This document shows, one piece after another, positions 18,893 through 29,547 of a DNA stretch of 64,000 nucleotides (position 1 is the first letter of the stretch; every line of letters starts with the position of its first letter). A program made the position numbers and the translations under genes. The notes under the pieces are model-generated. The model was not told the origin of the DNA. It did no database searches and saw only the letters and a program-made list of their open reading frames with translations. The stretch lies in the NCBI GenBank assembly GCA_000002435.2, contig CM018793.1; one strand, given 5' to 3'. The stretch comes from Giardia intestinalis. Its lineage: Eukaryota.

Positions 18893-21550
18893 TCACTTTT
18901 GTTTCCCTCTTTTCTTGGCTTGCTTGTGGAGCTTTATGAACTGTTTGGCCTGTTTCTGCACTCTAACGATCATTATTATCCCAAAGATGAGCCCTGCTCC
19001 AACTATGCTACCGGAAAGAATACCGCAAATGAAATAAACGGTACTATAATCCATGTTCTGAATGGTACTCATCGTCATCATGGGGGATTTATAGCTCACA
19101 TAGTCAGCTATTGAGGGATCCACGGTGAGCTGTAGCCCTACAATACGCTGCTTGCGATATTTCCACATATCCTTTAGCGTAGCCAAGCAAGCCTTTTCAA
19201 TGGTGAGTGAGTTCATGGAAGAGACCTGGGGAGAGTCGCCCCTTTTGAAGTCAGTAGTGCACGAGAAATAGATGGTGGACACGAGAGTACTAAAGTTAAG
19301 ATGTTTGCTGAAGGATCCTAGCGTAGAGATCAGGTCGTCATTGGAGAAAATCTCCACAGAAGCTGTGAAAGGCATCTTGATGGATGGAAGAGCACAATCC
19401 TTCGCGCGCACGTTTTGAAGCTGAATACGTAGACCGTCATTCTCGATCACTGCGACTGTATAATTGAAACATGCCGGAGTGAGGGTGTCGAAGAAAAACT
19501 TTGATGCAGCAGCTGAGGTCGTCTCTCCCGGTCGACGGTAGCTGTACCCCAGAGATCCAGTGAACTTTGATATCGACCCATTGGCCCGCATGTAGTTGTA
19601 AAAGCGTAGTGTTTGCTCCTTCTCTTCCTTGGTAACAGCAAAGAAGAAAAGTCGCTTGTTGGCGTTGAATTGAAACTTGGGGAATTGGAAGGATAAGCTC
19701 ATCTTCTGACCGGTGACAAGGTTCTGAATATTAATGCGCATGTCAACTGTGTTCACGCCTTGTGGAAGCGTGCAGGAACTGATTGCCGTGCCGTTGGTTA
19801 CCAGCTGTACGTAGACAAGGTCTGGCAATATAAACGTGTCGATGGTTGAATAACACTCACTCCTGTATGAAGTCCTCAGTACGTCCATCTCTGTTGTTGA
19901 GCGAATGGTGATCTTATCGACGACTGCCTCCAGTTCAAAGGTGGCTCGAGTCCAGGGGTCTGCAATGAAACTATTCAAGAGAGCAATTTCTTCGGTATGA
20001 TCGTCATCATATTCCACACAATAGACGCCTGACTGGGGATCATAATGTTCACGGTTGGGATAGAAGGGATAGCTGGAACCATCAGACGACACTACAAACT
20101 GGAACTTTGTGATGCGGTAGTTGGCCAGAAAGGTGCATGTTCCCGTGGACTTCATGAAAGTACAGCATGCAAACTTCTCTGTTATCGACGTCTCCCCTGT
20201 GGTAGATCGCTCCGGGTTGCGAATTAGTAGTGTGGAAGCCAGGGAATCAAAGCAGTTAGCGTAATTGGCTGTTAATGTCGTCATAGATAATACTAGAGCA
20301 AAGCCCAGATGGGTATCTGTGTAAATGGCCATAGACGAGGCCTGACTAATTCTCATCGACTCGCAGCACTCACGAACGTGGTCAGCAGGACAGGATATGC
20401 AGATACTTTTTGTGTTAGTGTATGAGTAGTTGTTGAGCAAACGTCTAAGTGGCTGGGAATAGCTGCTAAAATTAATTTCTAAATAAACAGATTGTGGCAA
20501 ATGCAATCTACATAACTGATTGTGAGTTGGCTCAATCGTGAGGCATGCTTCGTAGGTCTGGTAATTGATTACAAGATGAACGTCCTCCTCCCAACAGTTT
20601 TCCAGCCGAACTAAGCTTATCTTTCCTGCGTTCTTATCGCAAAGACCTGTCTCCACATTGCAAACGTTGTAAGCGTCGCAGTCGCTATCCAATACACAAA
20701 AAAACTTGCATACACCCTTTATGCATCTAGAGTTGGGCAAGTACTTGCTGCAGACGCTGTTCCCCAGTTCAGCTGACGTAGTGGGACATTTTTTGTAACA
20801 AAAGTTGTTCCTGCATGTATAGTCAGCTGTGTTTGGGCAAGTAACTGATCCTGTCGGTGTGCACCCATAAAGACATTGACCGTCTGGACTGCAGGACAGG
20901 AGACAGGTGGGATCAACACACTTATAGAGGCACTTTCCCTGGTAGGAGCAGTGCATGAAGAGCGGGCAATCTGTATCTGTAACACAGTATCGATAGCACA
21001 TACCCAAGAAGGATTGATAAGTGATACCTTGGGACTTGATTAGATTGTTGTTACACTCGTCGTCAGTATCTCCAAGGGCGTAGCAGAATCCCTTATTGCA
21101 CACCGCTGTATCTCCACACGCAGAGCAACGCATCCGGCAGACTCCATCAGGCGAGCAACCATATGAATCTGTCTCGGGGCAGGGTGAGGGAAAGCATTTA
21201 AATTCGCACCGGGACGTCTTTGTATTACACAGCATCCCGGCTCCGCAATCGTCATCAAACAGGCAGCCCTTTTGGCAGTACCCCGCGATGCAAGTCATCC
21301 CTGAGGTCAGGTCACAGTCAGAATGGAACCGGCACATCTCGTAGCAGAGGAGAAGCTTCGGATGGCACATTAAGTGAATGCCCTTACTGTTTGATGGGCA
21401 TTGATGAGAGTTTTGACATTTTACCCTGCAGACGCTATCTGGTGCACAGAGTTGCGTGTAATCTGAACACTCTGGAACGCACGTCTGGACAAATCCGACT
21501 AAGAAAACAAGTAGCAGTGGATGCAATAGACCGAATGAGATAAGGTTCAT
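18893..21550 (-). CDS. High-cysteine type I membrane protein (HCMP-like): signal peptide, ~110 Cys in CxC/CxxC/EGF-like spacing, single C-terminal TM, short basic tail
   Basis: N-terminus MNLISFGLLHPLLLVFLVGFVQTCVPEC. Repeated C-x-x-C-x-x-x-x-C-x-C modules through ~330 aa, then a Cys-poor central region. C-terminal TM FICGILSGSIVGAGLIFGIIMIV followed by RVQKQAKQFIKLHKQAKKRGKQK, with no CRGKA (so not a VSP). Confidence 0.7.
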   Translation of the reverse strand: MNLISFGLLHPLLLVFLVGFVQTCVPECSDYTQLCAPDSVCRVKCQNSHQCPSNSKGIHLMCHPKLLLCYEMCRFHSDCDLTSGMTCIAGYCQKGCLFDDDCGAGMLCNTKTSRCEFKCFPSPCPETDSYGCSPDGVCRMRCSACGDTAVCNKGFCYALGDTDDECNNNLIKSQGITYQSFLGMCYRYCVTDTDCPLFMHCSYQGKCLYKCVDPTCLLSCSPDGQCLYGCTPTGSVTCPNTADYTCRNNFCYKKCPTTSAELGNSVCSKYLPNSRCIKGVCKFFCVLDSDCDAYNVCNVETGLCDKNAGKISLVRLENCWEEDVHLVINYQTYEACLTIEPTHNQLCRLHLPQSVYLEINFSSYSQPLRRLLNNYSYTNTKSICISCPADHVRECCESMRISQASSMAIYTDTHLGFALVLSMTTLTANYANCFDSLASTLLIRNPERSTTGETSITEKFACCTFMKSTGTCTFLANYRITKFQFVVSSDGSSYPFYPNREHYDPQSGVYCVEYDDDHTEEIALLNSFIADPWTRATFELEAVVDKITIRSTTEMDVLRTSYRSECYSTIDTFILPDLVYVQLVTNGTAISSCTLPQGVNTVDMRINIQNLVTGQKMSLSFQFPKFQFNANKRLFFFAVTKEEKEQTLRFYNYMRANGSISKFTGSLGYSYRRPGETTSAAASKFFFDTLTPACFNYTVAVIENDGLRIQLQNVRAKDCALPSIKMPFTASVEIFSNDDLISTLGSFSKHLNFSTLVSTIYFSCTTDFKRGDSPQVSSMNSLTIEKACLATLKDMWKYRKQRIVGLQLTVDPSIADYVSYKSPMMTMSTIQNMDYSTVYFICGILSGSIVGAGLIFGIIMIVRVQKQAKQFIKLHKQAKKRGKQK

Positions 21551-22312
21551 GGAGGTTGGAGGCGAGAGGTGTACTTTGTGCTCTATTCTTTGCTAAAAAA
21601 TCAAAAAAGGTATAATTTGTGTAATTTTTACATGTTTGCAGTTTCACACTTTCTTTTCTAGGAAGCAGATGCGCATAGGTGAAAGACATGGGAATCCAGA
21701 TACGCAAAAACTTGTTCAGACAATCGTCTTTGGGCTGAATTTTCTTCTTACTTTTGTTGCTCTAACCTTTCTTTTTTTGGATCCCTATGAGCCTCCTCTT
21801 CCGATAATCTACATCAACTCCTTGGTTAACTTTCTTTTCCTCTCCCTCTACACACGGTTCACGTTTCCATACCCCGACGCGCTAGGATTTTCGCTTCTAA
21901 GTGTTCTGCGTTCGTCTGCTTTAACCTTTCTGATGCACCTCCCTCTCAGCATACAATACTTTAGAGAGACATCCGTTTTTTACTCGTACCTAATTTTGGT
22001 ACTCCTGGTCAACATTCATCACATTTATATCCTCATGCTCTGCGTTGACCTTAAAGTAGGAATACAAATGCTAAGCACTGTGTGAAGTAAATACAATCTA
22101 TAGCCCTAATCTGCGCTCCTGTACAGTTCTAGAATAATTTAAAAATGGAAACCAGAAACCAGGGGTAAGAAATGATCGAGACGATGAACAGATGATCTGA
22201 TTTCCAAGGAAAATAATTGTAGGCGTTTCCTGGAACAATACTAAAGCGATGGCAAGCTTATGTCCAAGCACGCGGAAACCATGTACCAAAGGTAAGCCCA
22301 ACGAAGAAAAAA

Positions 22313-23680
22313 ATGAAAGCCAGGTTTGTGAAGCAGACGTTGCTGGGCGAGGGCTCATATGGGCGCGCATATCTAGCCACCGACAATGTGTCAAATGAAA
22401 GTGTGGTCATCAAAGAATTTGTAGGGAAAAAGATGTCGACAAACGCCAAACGCCTTGCGATGGAGGAGTGTGCTCTGTTGTCCAAGATGAACAACCCAAA
22501 CATAGTCGCCTACTTCGGCCACTTTATGCAGAACGGCAATCTCTCTATAGTAATGGAGTACGCCAATAAGGGAGACCTCTCTGGACTGATAAATAAGGCA
22601 AACGGAAAGAGGATTAGCGAGGAAATCATCAAGGACATCTTCTACCAGCTCATCAAGGCCGTTGCGTACATACACAAAAGGAACATCCTCCACCGTGACA
22701 TCAAGGCGGGGAATATCTTCCTGACATCGGCGCCTGACAGCAATTTCTACCGCGTGATGCTGGCTGACTTTGGTGTGTCTAAGGTGCTCAGCAACGATGA
22801 CGCTTTAACAGAAACCCTAGCAGGCACTCCGTACTACCTATCTCCAGAACTGTGTAACTCTGAGCCATACGGGAAAAAGAGTGACATGTGGGCACTGGGT
22901 ATAGTCCTGTACGAACTGATGATGCTAACAACCCCCTTCAGGGGAAAGAACCTCCAGGCAGTGTCGGCAAGAATCACTCGTGGAAAGTTCCCTGAGATAA
23001 CCGGGCCGTACAGTGAGGCAATCAAGAATGTGTGCTATTCGCTTCTGCGCAACGATCCCAATGAAAGACCTTCTGCGGTACAGCTCCTAGATCACAAGAT
23101 GTTTAAGGGATACACTGAGCTCTACATTGCAGAGTCTGTCAGAGGCAACAAGACATACATCTCAAATCCCGCCTCTCCAGCACCGGAAACTGGCAACAGA
23201 AACAGTGTTAGCGGTGTCACCAGAGAACCATCGAGTGCAGAGGTGTCGCCCTCCAACGGATGCATCAAGCCATCTGACCCAATGGACAGCACACCCACGG
23301 AGCCTTATCTCATAGAGGTATCACCTTTGAAGATAGCCAAGAAGCAGTATCACCGCATATTGTGTGATCAGGTAGAGAAAGACGGCGACAACTCGGATTA
23401 CGAATGTATGAGTGAGTCTGCTCTGCACAACCTGGTCTACAGAAACAGCGTTCTACTCCAGCTAGCAGGGTATCGCAAGCAAATCGTCAATGAAATAGGG
23501 AATGATAGATTCCAGCAGTATCTGCAGAAGATTGCTGCTAGCGACCAGACGCAGTTGACCAGGAGTGCAATAGAGACTGTTGTCAGACAGATCTTAGTGG
23601 GCGAAAAGGAGAAGGCTATACTCACGGTGGTAGACTATGTGACGTGCTATACGTCATTTATGTGCTTCGAGCGCAACTAG
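22313..23680 (+). CDS. NEK-family serine/threonine protein kinase, apparently catalytically intact
   Basis: LGEGSYGRAY (Gly loop), VVIKEF (VAIK-like), HRDIKAGNIFL (catalytic loop), DFGVSK, GTPYYLSPE and DMWALGIVLYEL. Initiator gaaaaaaATGaaa. Confidence 0.8.
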   Translation: MKARFVKQTLLGEGSYGRAYLATDNVSNESVVIKEFVGKKMSTNAKRLAMEECALLSKMNNPNIVAYFGHFMQNGNLSIVMEYANKGDLSGLINKANGKRISEEIIKDIFYQLIKAVAYIHKRNILHRDIKAGNIFLTSAPDSNFYRVMLADFGVSKVLSNDDALTETLAGTPYYLSPELCNSEPYGKKSDMWALGIVLYELMMLTTPFRGKNLQAVSARITRGKFPEITGPYSEAIKNVCYSLLRNDPNERPSAVQLLDHKMFKGYTELYIAESVRGNKTYISNPASPAPETGNRNSVSGVTREPSSAEVSPSNGCIKPSDPMDSTPTEPYLIEVSPLKIAKKQYHRILCDQVEKDGDNSDYECMSESALHNLVYRNSVLLQLAGYRKQIVNEIGNDRFQQYLQKIAASDQTQLTRSAIETVVRQILVGEKEKAILTVVDYVTCYTSFMCFERN

Positions 23681-23716
23681 ACTAGGGGTGAGAAGAAGCA
23701 ATCTGTCCTCTAAGCT

Positions 23717-25702
23717 CTAAAGTCGAAGCTCTGGTATGTGTGCTGAGATCTCCTGCAAAAGATTGTTGCCAGCTTCATGCCGCTTTCCCGTTGGCTTGGT
23801 AAGCAGCACTGTTATGTTATGGGCAGGAATGATGGTTCCTAGAAGGGCTTCGTCGACAGTAAATGCAAAGTGCCTGTGAACTGTCGCGCCCGGAGGAAGG
23901 GGCGGTATGCGTGCCTGGCAAACCCTCAGCTTGAGGGGTGACGCGGCGCTGTTCACTATGAGCATCGCCCCCAGGGTAATTTCAGAAGATGCATTACACA
24001 CCGTTACAGTCAATGAGGCATTTAAGCCCGCAAGCTCAACAGATGTGACTGCTTGGAGAGTCGATGCCGTCACTGTTGCAGAGGGATCCTGCTCATCCTG
24101 TGCCATTGCCAACAAGGTCGCTTGAACCATTGCCTTAGCGTATGCTCTAGAGGAAATGAAGGACTTGAACATCTCCTGCTGGTCAGCGAGGGGAAGAACT
24201 TTGTCTTGTAGAGACAGAGCTTTGTTCCCCAGCTGTTCAACATCTAGCGGATGATCCTGAAGAGCTAATCTACCATCATCGGGAGAGCTCTTGTTCAGGT
24301 CAGTATTGGGTGCCAGTGGAAGATGCAGTAGCTTGTTTGCTGCTTGACGGACGTAGAAAACACCAAACAATCTCCGCGTAACATCCATGCCAGTACTTAA
24401 AGAGCTAGACCTGTGGGCATCAAGACTTAGCAGCCGTGAGAAGCAAAATGCCTTAAAGGACAAGCCTGCCGATAGTTGGTTCATTGATTCAAGATCTGAT
24501 TGCACCCGAACGATGGTAGTTACACCAGTTTCCGCAACAAAGGCGACAGCACCACTAGAAAGCGCGAGGGCGAAGCCAAGGAAAGGTCGGCCAAGATCCA
24601 CGTGGACTGCAGAAAGATGGGTGACCGTACAGGGCAATGCATAAACAAAGTCTAGTTTTCCCTTCGCAGAGAGGCGCAACAGATCATTAGTTTTATTACC
24701 AACAGTCACGGCGAAGATTGCACGGTTTATTCTGTGCACAAAGCGAAGGATAGAGCCAAAGCTAATAACGTTTTTAGCCAGTGAGCTACCGCGTAACGTA
24801 TAGATGGAGCCATGACCTGCAAGTATCGTGCCACGCCAAGTGGGCTCGTCGAGGGCAGTCACCTTGGATGCATGACCTTCAATCTGGATGCTTCTGGGGC
24901 GTTCAGGAAGCCGGATCGTTACTAGCACTTGAGTAAACCCGGGCGAATACACGTAGATAAAGCAGCACATGGTGCCTACTACTAAGACCTTGCCAGATGG
25001 ACCATTGTCAGAATCGAAAGCGTCAATGGTCAGAGTCCCTATACAAGTTATTTCGTCATGCACTGTTGTCAGGCTATCAAGTGTGTAATTATCAAGTAAG
25101 CGCGCGCGATTGCTTACAGCAGCCCCCGTGGATTGAAAGAGTCCTGTTTGCAAAGGATATTGTTCTGCCTTTGAATCTGCTGGGGAGGGGTCTGGCAGGG
25201 ATAAGAAGCGCTGGCTTAACTCTGAAAGGGTCTTTCTTTCTTGATGGAGCTCTTGCGACAAAGTTCTGAGAAGCTCCGCTGCTTCTGCTGAAGTTATATC
25301 CATAGCACAATATCTGCGCAAGATAGAGACTTCCCTATTATCCCTGCTTAAAGAGCTTGTAAGAGGAAGGTAGAAGATGGACGAGAGAGACGTGCTGTCG
25401 GCAGAAAGCAAGCCGACTACTGTCACATGGGTTCGAAAAATAATCGCCACAAACTCACGTGATGGAGTCATGTTAGGCAGAGAAATGACTGCAAGAGTAA
25501 CAGGATCTTCTAGGAGATCATAAGTGAGAGTTTGGTCACTAAATCCAGGAGCCAGACGAGGTTTTGCACGCCATAATAAAAGTTGCCGGCCAGCAATTAC
25601 CGCCACAGAGTAGGCACCAGAGCCATCAAGATCAATAGGCAGGAGGTCCACGGCATCAGAGGATGGCAGCGTTCCCACCTCCTCAGGCCCTTCAAAAAAC
25701 AT
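23717..25702 (-). CDS. Hypothetical protein (661 aa)
   Basis: Uninterrupted ORF. ATG at 25702 with an AT-rich upstream. No recognisable domain. Confidence 0.55.
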   Translation of the reverse strand: MFFEGPEEVGTLPSSDAVDLLPIDLDGSGAYSVAVIAGRQLLLWRAKPRLAPGFSDQTLTYDLLEDPVTLAVISLPNMTPSREFVAIIFRTHVTVVGLLSADSTSLSSIFYLPLTSSLSRDNREVSILRRYCAMDITSAEAAELLRTLSQELHQERKTLSELSQRFLSLPDPSPADSKAEQYPLQTGLFQSTGAAVSNRARLLDNYTLDSLTTVHDEITCIGTLTIDAFDSDNGPSGKVLVVGTMCCFIYVYSPGFTQVLVTIRLPERPRSIQIEGHASKVTALDEPTWRGTILAGHGSIYTLRGSSLAKNVISFGSILRFVHRINRAIFAVTVGNKTNDLLRLSAKGKLDFVYALPCTVTHLSAVHVDLGRPFLGFALALSSGAVAFVAETGVTTIVRVQSDLESMNQLSAGLSFKAFCFSRLLSLDAHRSSSLSTGMDVTRRLFGVFYVRQAANKLLHLPLAPNTDLNKSSPDDGRLALQDHPLDVEQLGNKALSLQDKVLPLADQQEMFKSFISSRAYAKAMVQATLLAMAQDEQDPSATVTASTLQAVTSVELAGLNASLTVTVCNASSEITLGAMLIVNSAASPLKLRVCQARIPPLPPGATVHRHFAFTVDEALLGTIIPAHNITVLLTKPTGKRHEAGNNLLQEISAHIPELRL

Positions 25703-25728
25703 GTATGCCTAAAATTAAAAACTAGCAA
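25703..25728. promoter_or_regulatory. 26-bp AT-rich bidirectional spacer between divergent ATGs
   Basis: gtatgcctaaaattaaaaactagcaa lies between the minus-strand ATG at 25702 and the plus-strand ATG at 25729. Confidence 0.5.
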
Positions 25729-28700
25729 ATGGAGGATCTTGCACCGCCGCCAGCCTTTGATCTCTCTGAACTGAGCGTCACGGAAGTAGATATAGCTGCA
25801 GAAATTGCTAAAGAGATGCAAAACCGGTCTAGGTCGACAGGGCATGATGCAGATTCCACCGAAATCGATGCTATGATCCAGCGAAGCAGGGACCTTATTG
25901 CGATGTTTGAGAAGCAAGTCTCTAAGGATGAGGCGGCACAGCTCCCGCCAAAGCAGCCAGGCAGCGCATCTGGAGCCCTTACAAAGGAAATTGGGACCGA
26001 TCAGGAGCCTATGCTTAACGTTGATACTGTCAGCGTTGGTGCAGCTGACACGGAAATCTCAGATGTCCAGACAGTCATAAAGATGTCAGCTTTACCGGCA
26101 TCCTCGGCTGAGTCTCGGACAACAACTCAACCTTCTTCTGCATCTTCAACGCCACAAACATCCCAGACACCGATATCTGGGGACAAAAAAACGTCTTCCA
26201 AGAGCAATAGTCGCTTACCGATACTAACAGACGCGGACGTTTTCGCCGCTCAAAATCAATTTCCGCCTACAAGCTGTCTACAAAATGCTGTTCTCACGGC
26301 GGAATTAGTGTCTCGTAGCAGTGAAGCAGCCCTAGAAGAGATCCATTCTGCTGGTTCAAGAACCAAGATCAAAATACCTACTCCAAACCTGCCTCTCCAG
26401 GCACTCCCACAGCAAGACGCTTTGCCCAAGCAACCCTCACCTGCAGGGCGCCTTCCTGCTCCAGGATTTCTTGCTGCACCAACAGCAGCGGGAGACAGCC
26501 ATCCAACTGTCTTTTCCGCTGAGCCGAACATCTCTGCTTCCATAGCTAGTTCCCTCACATCATCTACTAGATTATCTCTCAATTCTTCACTGCGAACTAT
26601 TCCTGTGGGGGCATCTTCACTCCCTCCTGTCGTAGCAAATCTTCCAGGACAGACAAACGTCCCTGCACACGTTGAAGAGCATATTCTAGAGCCTCCTCCT
26701 ATGTTCAACGACGATAGCAGTGACGCTCTTCCAGGGGCGCTGTCTGACAGTGTCCACAGTGATTCTCTGGCTCCCATGAAGATGGAAGCCCCGCCCCCCA
26801 AGCCAACAGCTATGATGGGTATACAGCCATCGCTGCATTCTATACCCAGCACTGACCACCTCAATTATGACGTAGAGGATGAAGAAGCTCTAGTGAAGGT
26901 GATAAGAATCTCTGGCGGTCTTACGGAGCAAAGCGGACAATCAGCTAGGCTAGCGGGGTCGCTTGGCACTTCTTCTAGGCTGCGTTTGGAATCTATGGTG
27001 CTGGCACCAAGTGCAAAGCACAGTCTGCCTCCTCCATCTCAGACAAGTTCGGCAGCTGAGAGGGAGACCCGAACACTTACTTTAGAAGAGAAGATAGATG
27101 CGCAAATAGCCAACTTGGAGAGGAGCCGACAGAATGTTGTGCTGACCAGAGAGGATCTGGCAAGCAATATAATAACGGGGAGATCACCTCCCAGAAGCAC
27201 GCATGGTATTGATCCACATCAAGGTTATGATCACTCTTCTTCAGCTAATAACGCACTCGTCACAGAGGGTGCTACGGGCTCTTTTACGAAGACAATTAAC
27301 GAAACCATTGAGCAATTGATCAAATCATCAAGCAAGCCAGAGTGCACCCCGACCAGGCCACTATCTACTAGCAGTATGGCTCTGGGTATGCCACAATCCA
27401 CTTCGGTGCCCACTGTGCAGCTGACGAGGTCCTCCCTGCATTCACGTTCTCAAGGAAAGCTAGAACAGATGGATGCTGGTACACCTTTAATAGACTCTGC
27501 TATTAACGCTGTGCACAGCGCCATGTCACCTTCCTCGAATAAGAAGCTAAATAGACCAGAAGAGCGTATGAAGGACAAGGAGCAACCCACCACCAGATTC
27601 TTTAGTGCAAAAGAACTAGCAACTATTCAAAAGCTTCCACAGTTGATGCCATCAGATCAGATTCGCTTTATGAGAGTCCTACAGCAGATTAGTGGTAACC
27701 ACACCCCTCAAGCGTCTTCTGCATCTCGTTCTGGAGCAACTGGAATACACGCTTCTAGCGAGTATCCCCCAGAGCTTACATTTGAATTTGTTGAGGGAAC
27801 CGGCGACCTCGTTGTCAAAGTCGTGCAACTCCTTAAGCAGTCGAACAGAAAGGTTTATCTGCCCGGAACAGTTTTCGAGGGTCTGGTAGAAGATAGCTAT
27901 AGGATAATGATCCCGGCATACCTTATCCCGCCGCGCCTATCGCTTACAAATAGATACTCCGCCAAGCTTCTGGAGTGGCGGCAAAGCAAGAAGATTGCAG
28001 ACGAAAAGGTACACTCAAACAAGGTTGCAAGCTACACAAAGTCTCTATTACCGTCCCAAAAGTCACTTAACTGGCTTGTGTCATTTGTTGACAATGTTTT
28101 TAGAGCCAGACATGTTTATTTGGAGAGAGAGGCAGAGAAGTGTCTGGACAATAATTTAGATGTCTTTGAACCGCAAAATTTCAGCGATTTTATAGATTCT
28201 TATATCAAGGGAAGGCTGGGGAACGTTCACCGAGCATCGGTACTTCGTGTAGAGTTGGAGGATGCCATCAGACGGTACTATTTTGTTTCTGCACATGCAC
28301 GCCTCTTGCATTTGTTTTGGGAGACCATCCACGAGGACACCGACAGAACCAATGGGTATGAAGAGCAGGATCCTAGCCCAATCTCGCCCTCATCGGTCTT
28401 GGACACAGACCTGAACACTCTTGATACGATGCCAAGGGTAAGCCTTCGCGCTTGTAACAAGAACTTCTCTGGCGGACAGGTGCGTGAATCGATGATACCA
28501 CAGCGCAAACTAAACTACACAAATCAGTGCTCAGCCTTTCTGTTAAACCTTAGGCAAGCATGCTCAACTATTTGCGTGGACAGACGCATCGTAATTCCGG
28601 AGCATTTGCGTAAACGCGCAGAGACACAGCTTATCCAGAAGGGCTTTGGAAAGGAGGTCTTCGCCACAGCCGGGGTAACCAAGCGTCACACGGCATCGGC

Positions 28701-29520
28701 GAGTCAACATGCTCACGGTGGAATGAAGATAGGTGGCGCCACATTTGATCCAATGAACCCTCTCGGCCTTCCGAAGTATTACGATGCCAAGGTAATCCAA
28801 TTTCCCACGCACAAGGCGTTCTTCTCAAATGCGATATTCAATTTGCTGGGAGACTACGAAGGTTTGACAACGCGGATCGTCAAGAAGTTGGAAAAGGCAG
28901 ACATCTGGACTCCTGGAAAGTCGAATCCCGCCCGCGTCTCCTGTGATATCATCGAGGGGGAGATCTACACTGTTCTAGAGGCTGCACTAAATATCTTTGA
29001 GCATATGCTTGTATCTATTAATGGAAGTGAGGAAGCTTTGCGAGCCGATGACCACGAGGCTGGCTCTCCGTCTCCAGAATTCCCACCTGTGCCAGCTGGC
29101 TTTTCTGGCAGCGGCAGTCAGTCAGGGAGCAGATCCAACAGTCATCCAAGCCGTTCTGACAGCAACAGCCTGTACCAACAGATCGTGGAGCCGTCCAGGA
29201 TGGTTATACCCGGCTTTGGCTTTCCTCCAAGTGCTCGTGGACAGCCCAAGATCATACCGGAGGATCCTGCATCAGATGACGAAATACGAGAAGCCATACT
29301 AGAGCTGCAGAATGCTAACTATGAGGTGAAGGCCGTTGATGGTGTCGCAGACGCCGTAAATCATGGGGATTCGAATGCTACATCTCAGGCAGTGTACGAT
29401 ATACTTGCTGAGTTTGCGGGGGCTGAGGTTGGGGTTGATGCAGGTCACGAGCTAGTGGAGGGCGTCCCTGATGGGGAAGACCAGAGCGCAGAAAGCTTTC
29501 CCATCGACCAAATGTTCTAA
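25729..29520 (+). CDS. Large Ser/Thr/Pro-rich hypothetical protein (1263 aa)
   Basis: Uninterrupted 3.8-kb ORF. Low-complexity N-terminal half (SSASSTPQTSQTPISG and similar), more ordered C-terminal half. Confidence 0.55.
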   Translation: MEDLAPPPAFDLSELSVTEVDIAAEIAKEMQNRSRSTGHDADSTEIDAMIQRSRDLIAMFEKQVSKDEAAQLPPKQPGSASGALTKEIGTDQEPMLNVDTVSVGAADTEISDVQTVIKMSALPASSAESRTTTQPSSASSTPQTSQTPISGDKKTSSKSNSRLPILTDADVFAAQNQFPPTSCLQNAVLTAELVSRSSEAALEEIHSAGSRTKIKIPTPNLPLQALPQQDALPKQPSPAGRLPAPGFLAAPTAAGDSHPTVFSAEPNISASIASSLTSSTRLSLNSSLRTIPVGASSLPPVVANLPGQTNVPAHVEEHILEPPPMFNDDSSDALPGALSDSVHSDSLAPMKMEAPPPKPTAMMGIQPSLHSIPSTDHLNYDVEDEEALVKVIRISGGLTEQSGQSARLAGSLGTSSRLRLESMVLAPSAKHSLPPPSQTSSAAERETRTLTLEEKIDAQIANLERSRQNVVLTREDLASNIITGRSPPRSTHGIDPHQGYDHSSSANNALVTEGATGSFTKTINETIEQLIKSSSKPECTPTRPLSTSSMALGMPQSTSVPTVQLTRSSLHSRSQGKLEQMDAGTPLIDSAINAVHSAMSPSSNKKLNRPEERMKDKEQPTTRFFSAKELATIQKLPQLMPSDQIRFMRVLQQISGNHTPQASSASRSGATGIHASSEYPPELTFEFVEGTGDLVVKVVQLLKQSNRKVYLPGTVFEGLVEDSYRIMIPAYLIPPRLSLTNRYSAKLLEWRQSKKIADEKVHSNKVASYTKSLLPSQKSLNWLVSFVDNVFRARHVYLEREAEKCLDNNLDVFEPQNFSDFIDSYIKGRLGNVHRASVLRVELEDAIRRYYFVSAHARLLHLFWETIHEDTDRTNGYEEQDPSPISPSSVLDTDLNTLDTMPRVSLRACNKNFSGGQVRESMIPQRKLNYTNQCSAFLLNLRQACSTICVDRRIVIPEHLRKRAETQLIQKGFGKEVFATAGVTKRHTASASQHAHGGMKIGGATFDPMNPLGLPKYYDAKVIQFPTHKAFFSNAIFNLLGDYEGLTTRIVKKLEKADIWTPGKSNPARVSCDIIEGEIYTVLEAALNIFEHMLVSINGSEEALRADDHEAGSPSPEFPPVPAGFSGSGSQSGSRSNSHPSRSDSNSLYQQIVEPSRMVIPGFGFPPSARGQPKIIPEDPASDDEIREAILELQNANYEVKAVDGVADAVNHGDSNATSQAVYDILAEFAGAEVGVDAGHELVEGVPDGEDQSAESFPIDQMF

Positions 29521-29540
29521 TGCATGCAGCGGCGGGCTCA

Positions 29541-29547
29541 GTTTACT
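29541..29547 (-). terminator. AGTAAAC poly(A)-signal motif on the minus strand overlapping the TAA stop of the TBCA-like gene
   Basis: Minus strand reads aagaagTAAACtgagcc. Only 22 bp separate the two convergent stops here. Confidence 0.45.

Noticed and set aside
21636-22085. 149-aa hydrophobic ORF in the HCMP/NEK intergenic region
   Set aside because: It sits entirely in a CT-rich polypyrimidine tract that by itself yields Leu/Phe/Ser/Pro-rich hydrophobic translations. No AT-rich initiator. Kept only as a low-probability possibility (see the finding).
26256-26864. 202-aa antisense ORF inside the S/T/P-rich 1263-aa gene
   Set aside because: It is a product of the Ala/Ser/Pro-biased coding strand (GC-rich codons), has Gly/Ala/Arg-rich low complexity, and has no independent start context.
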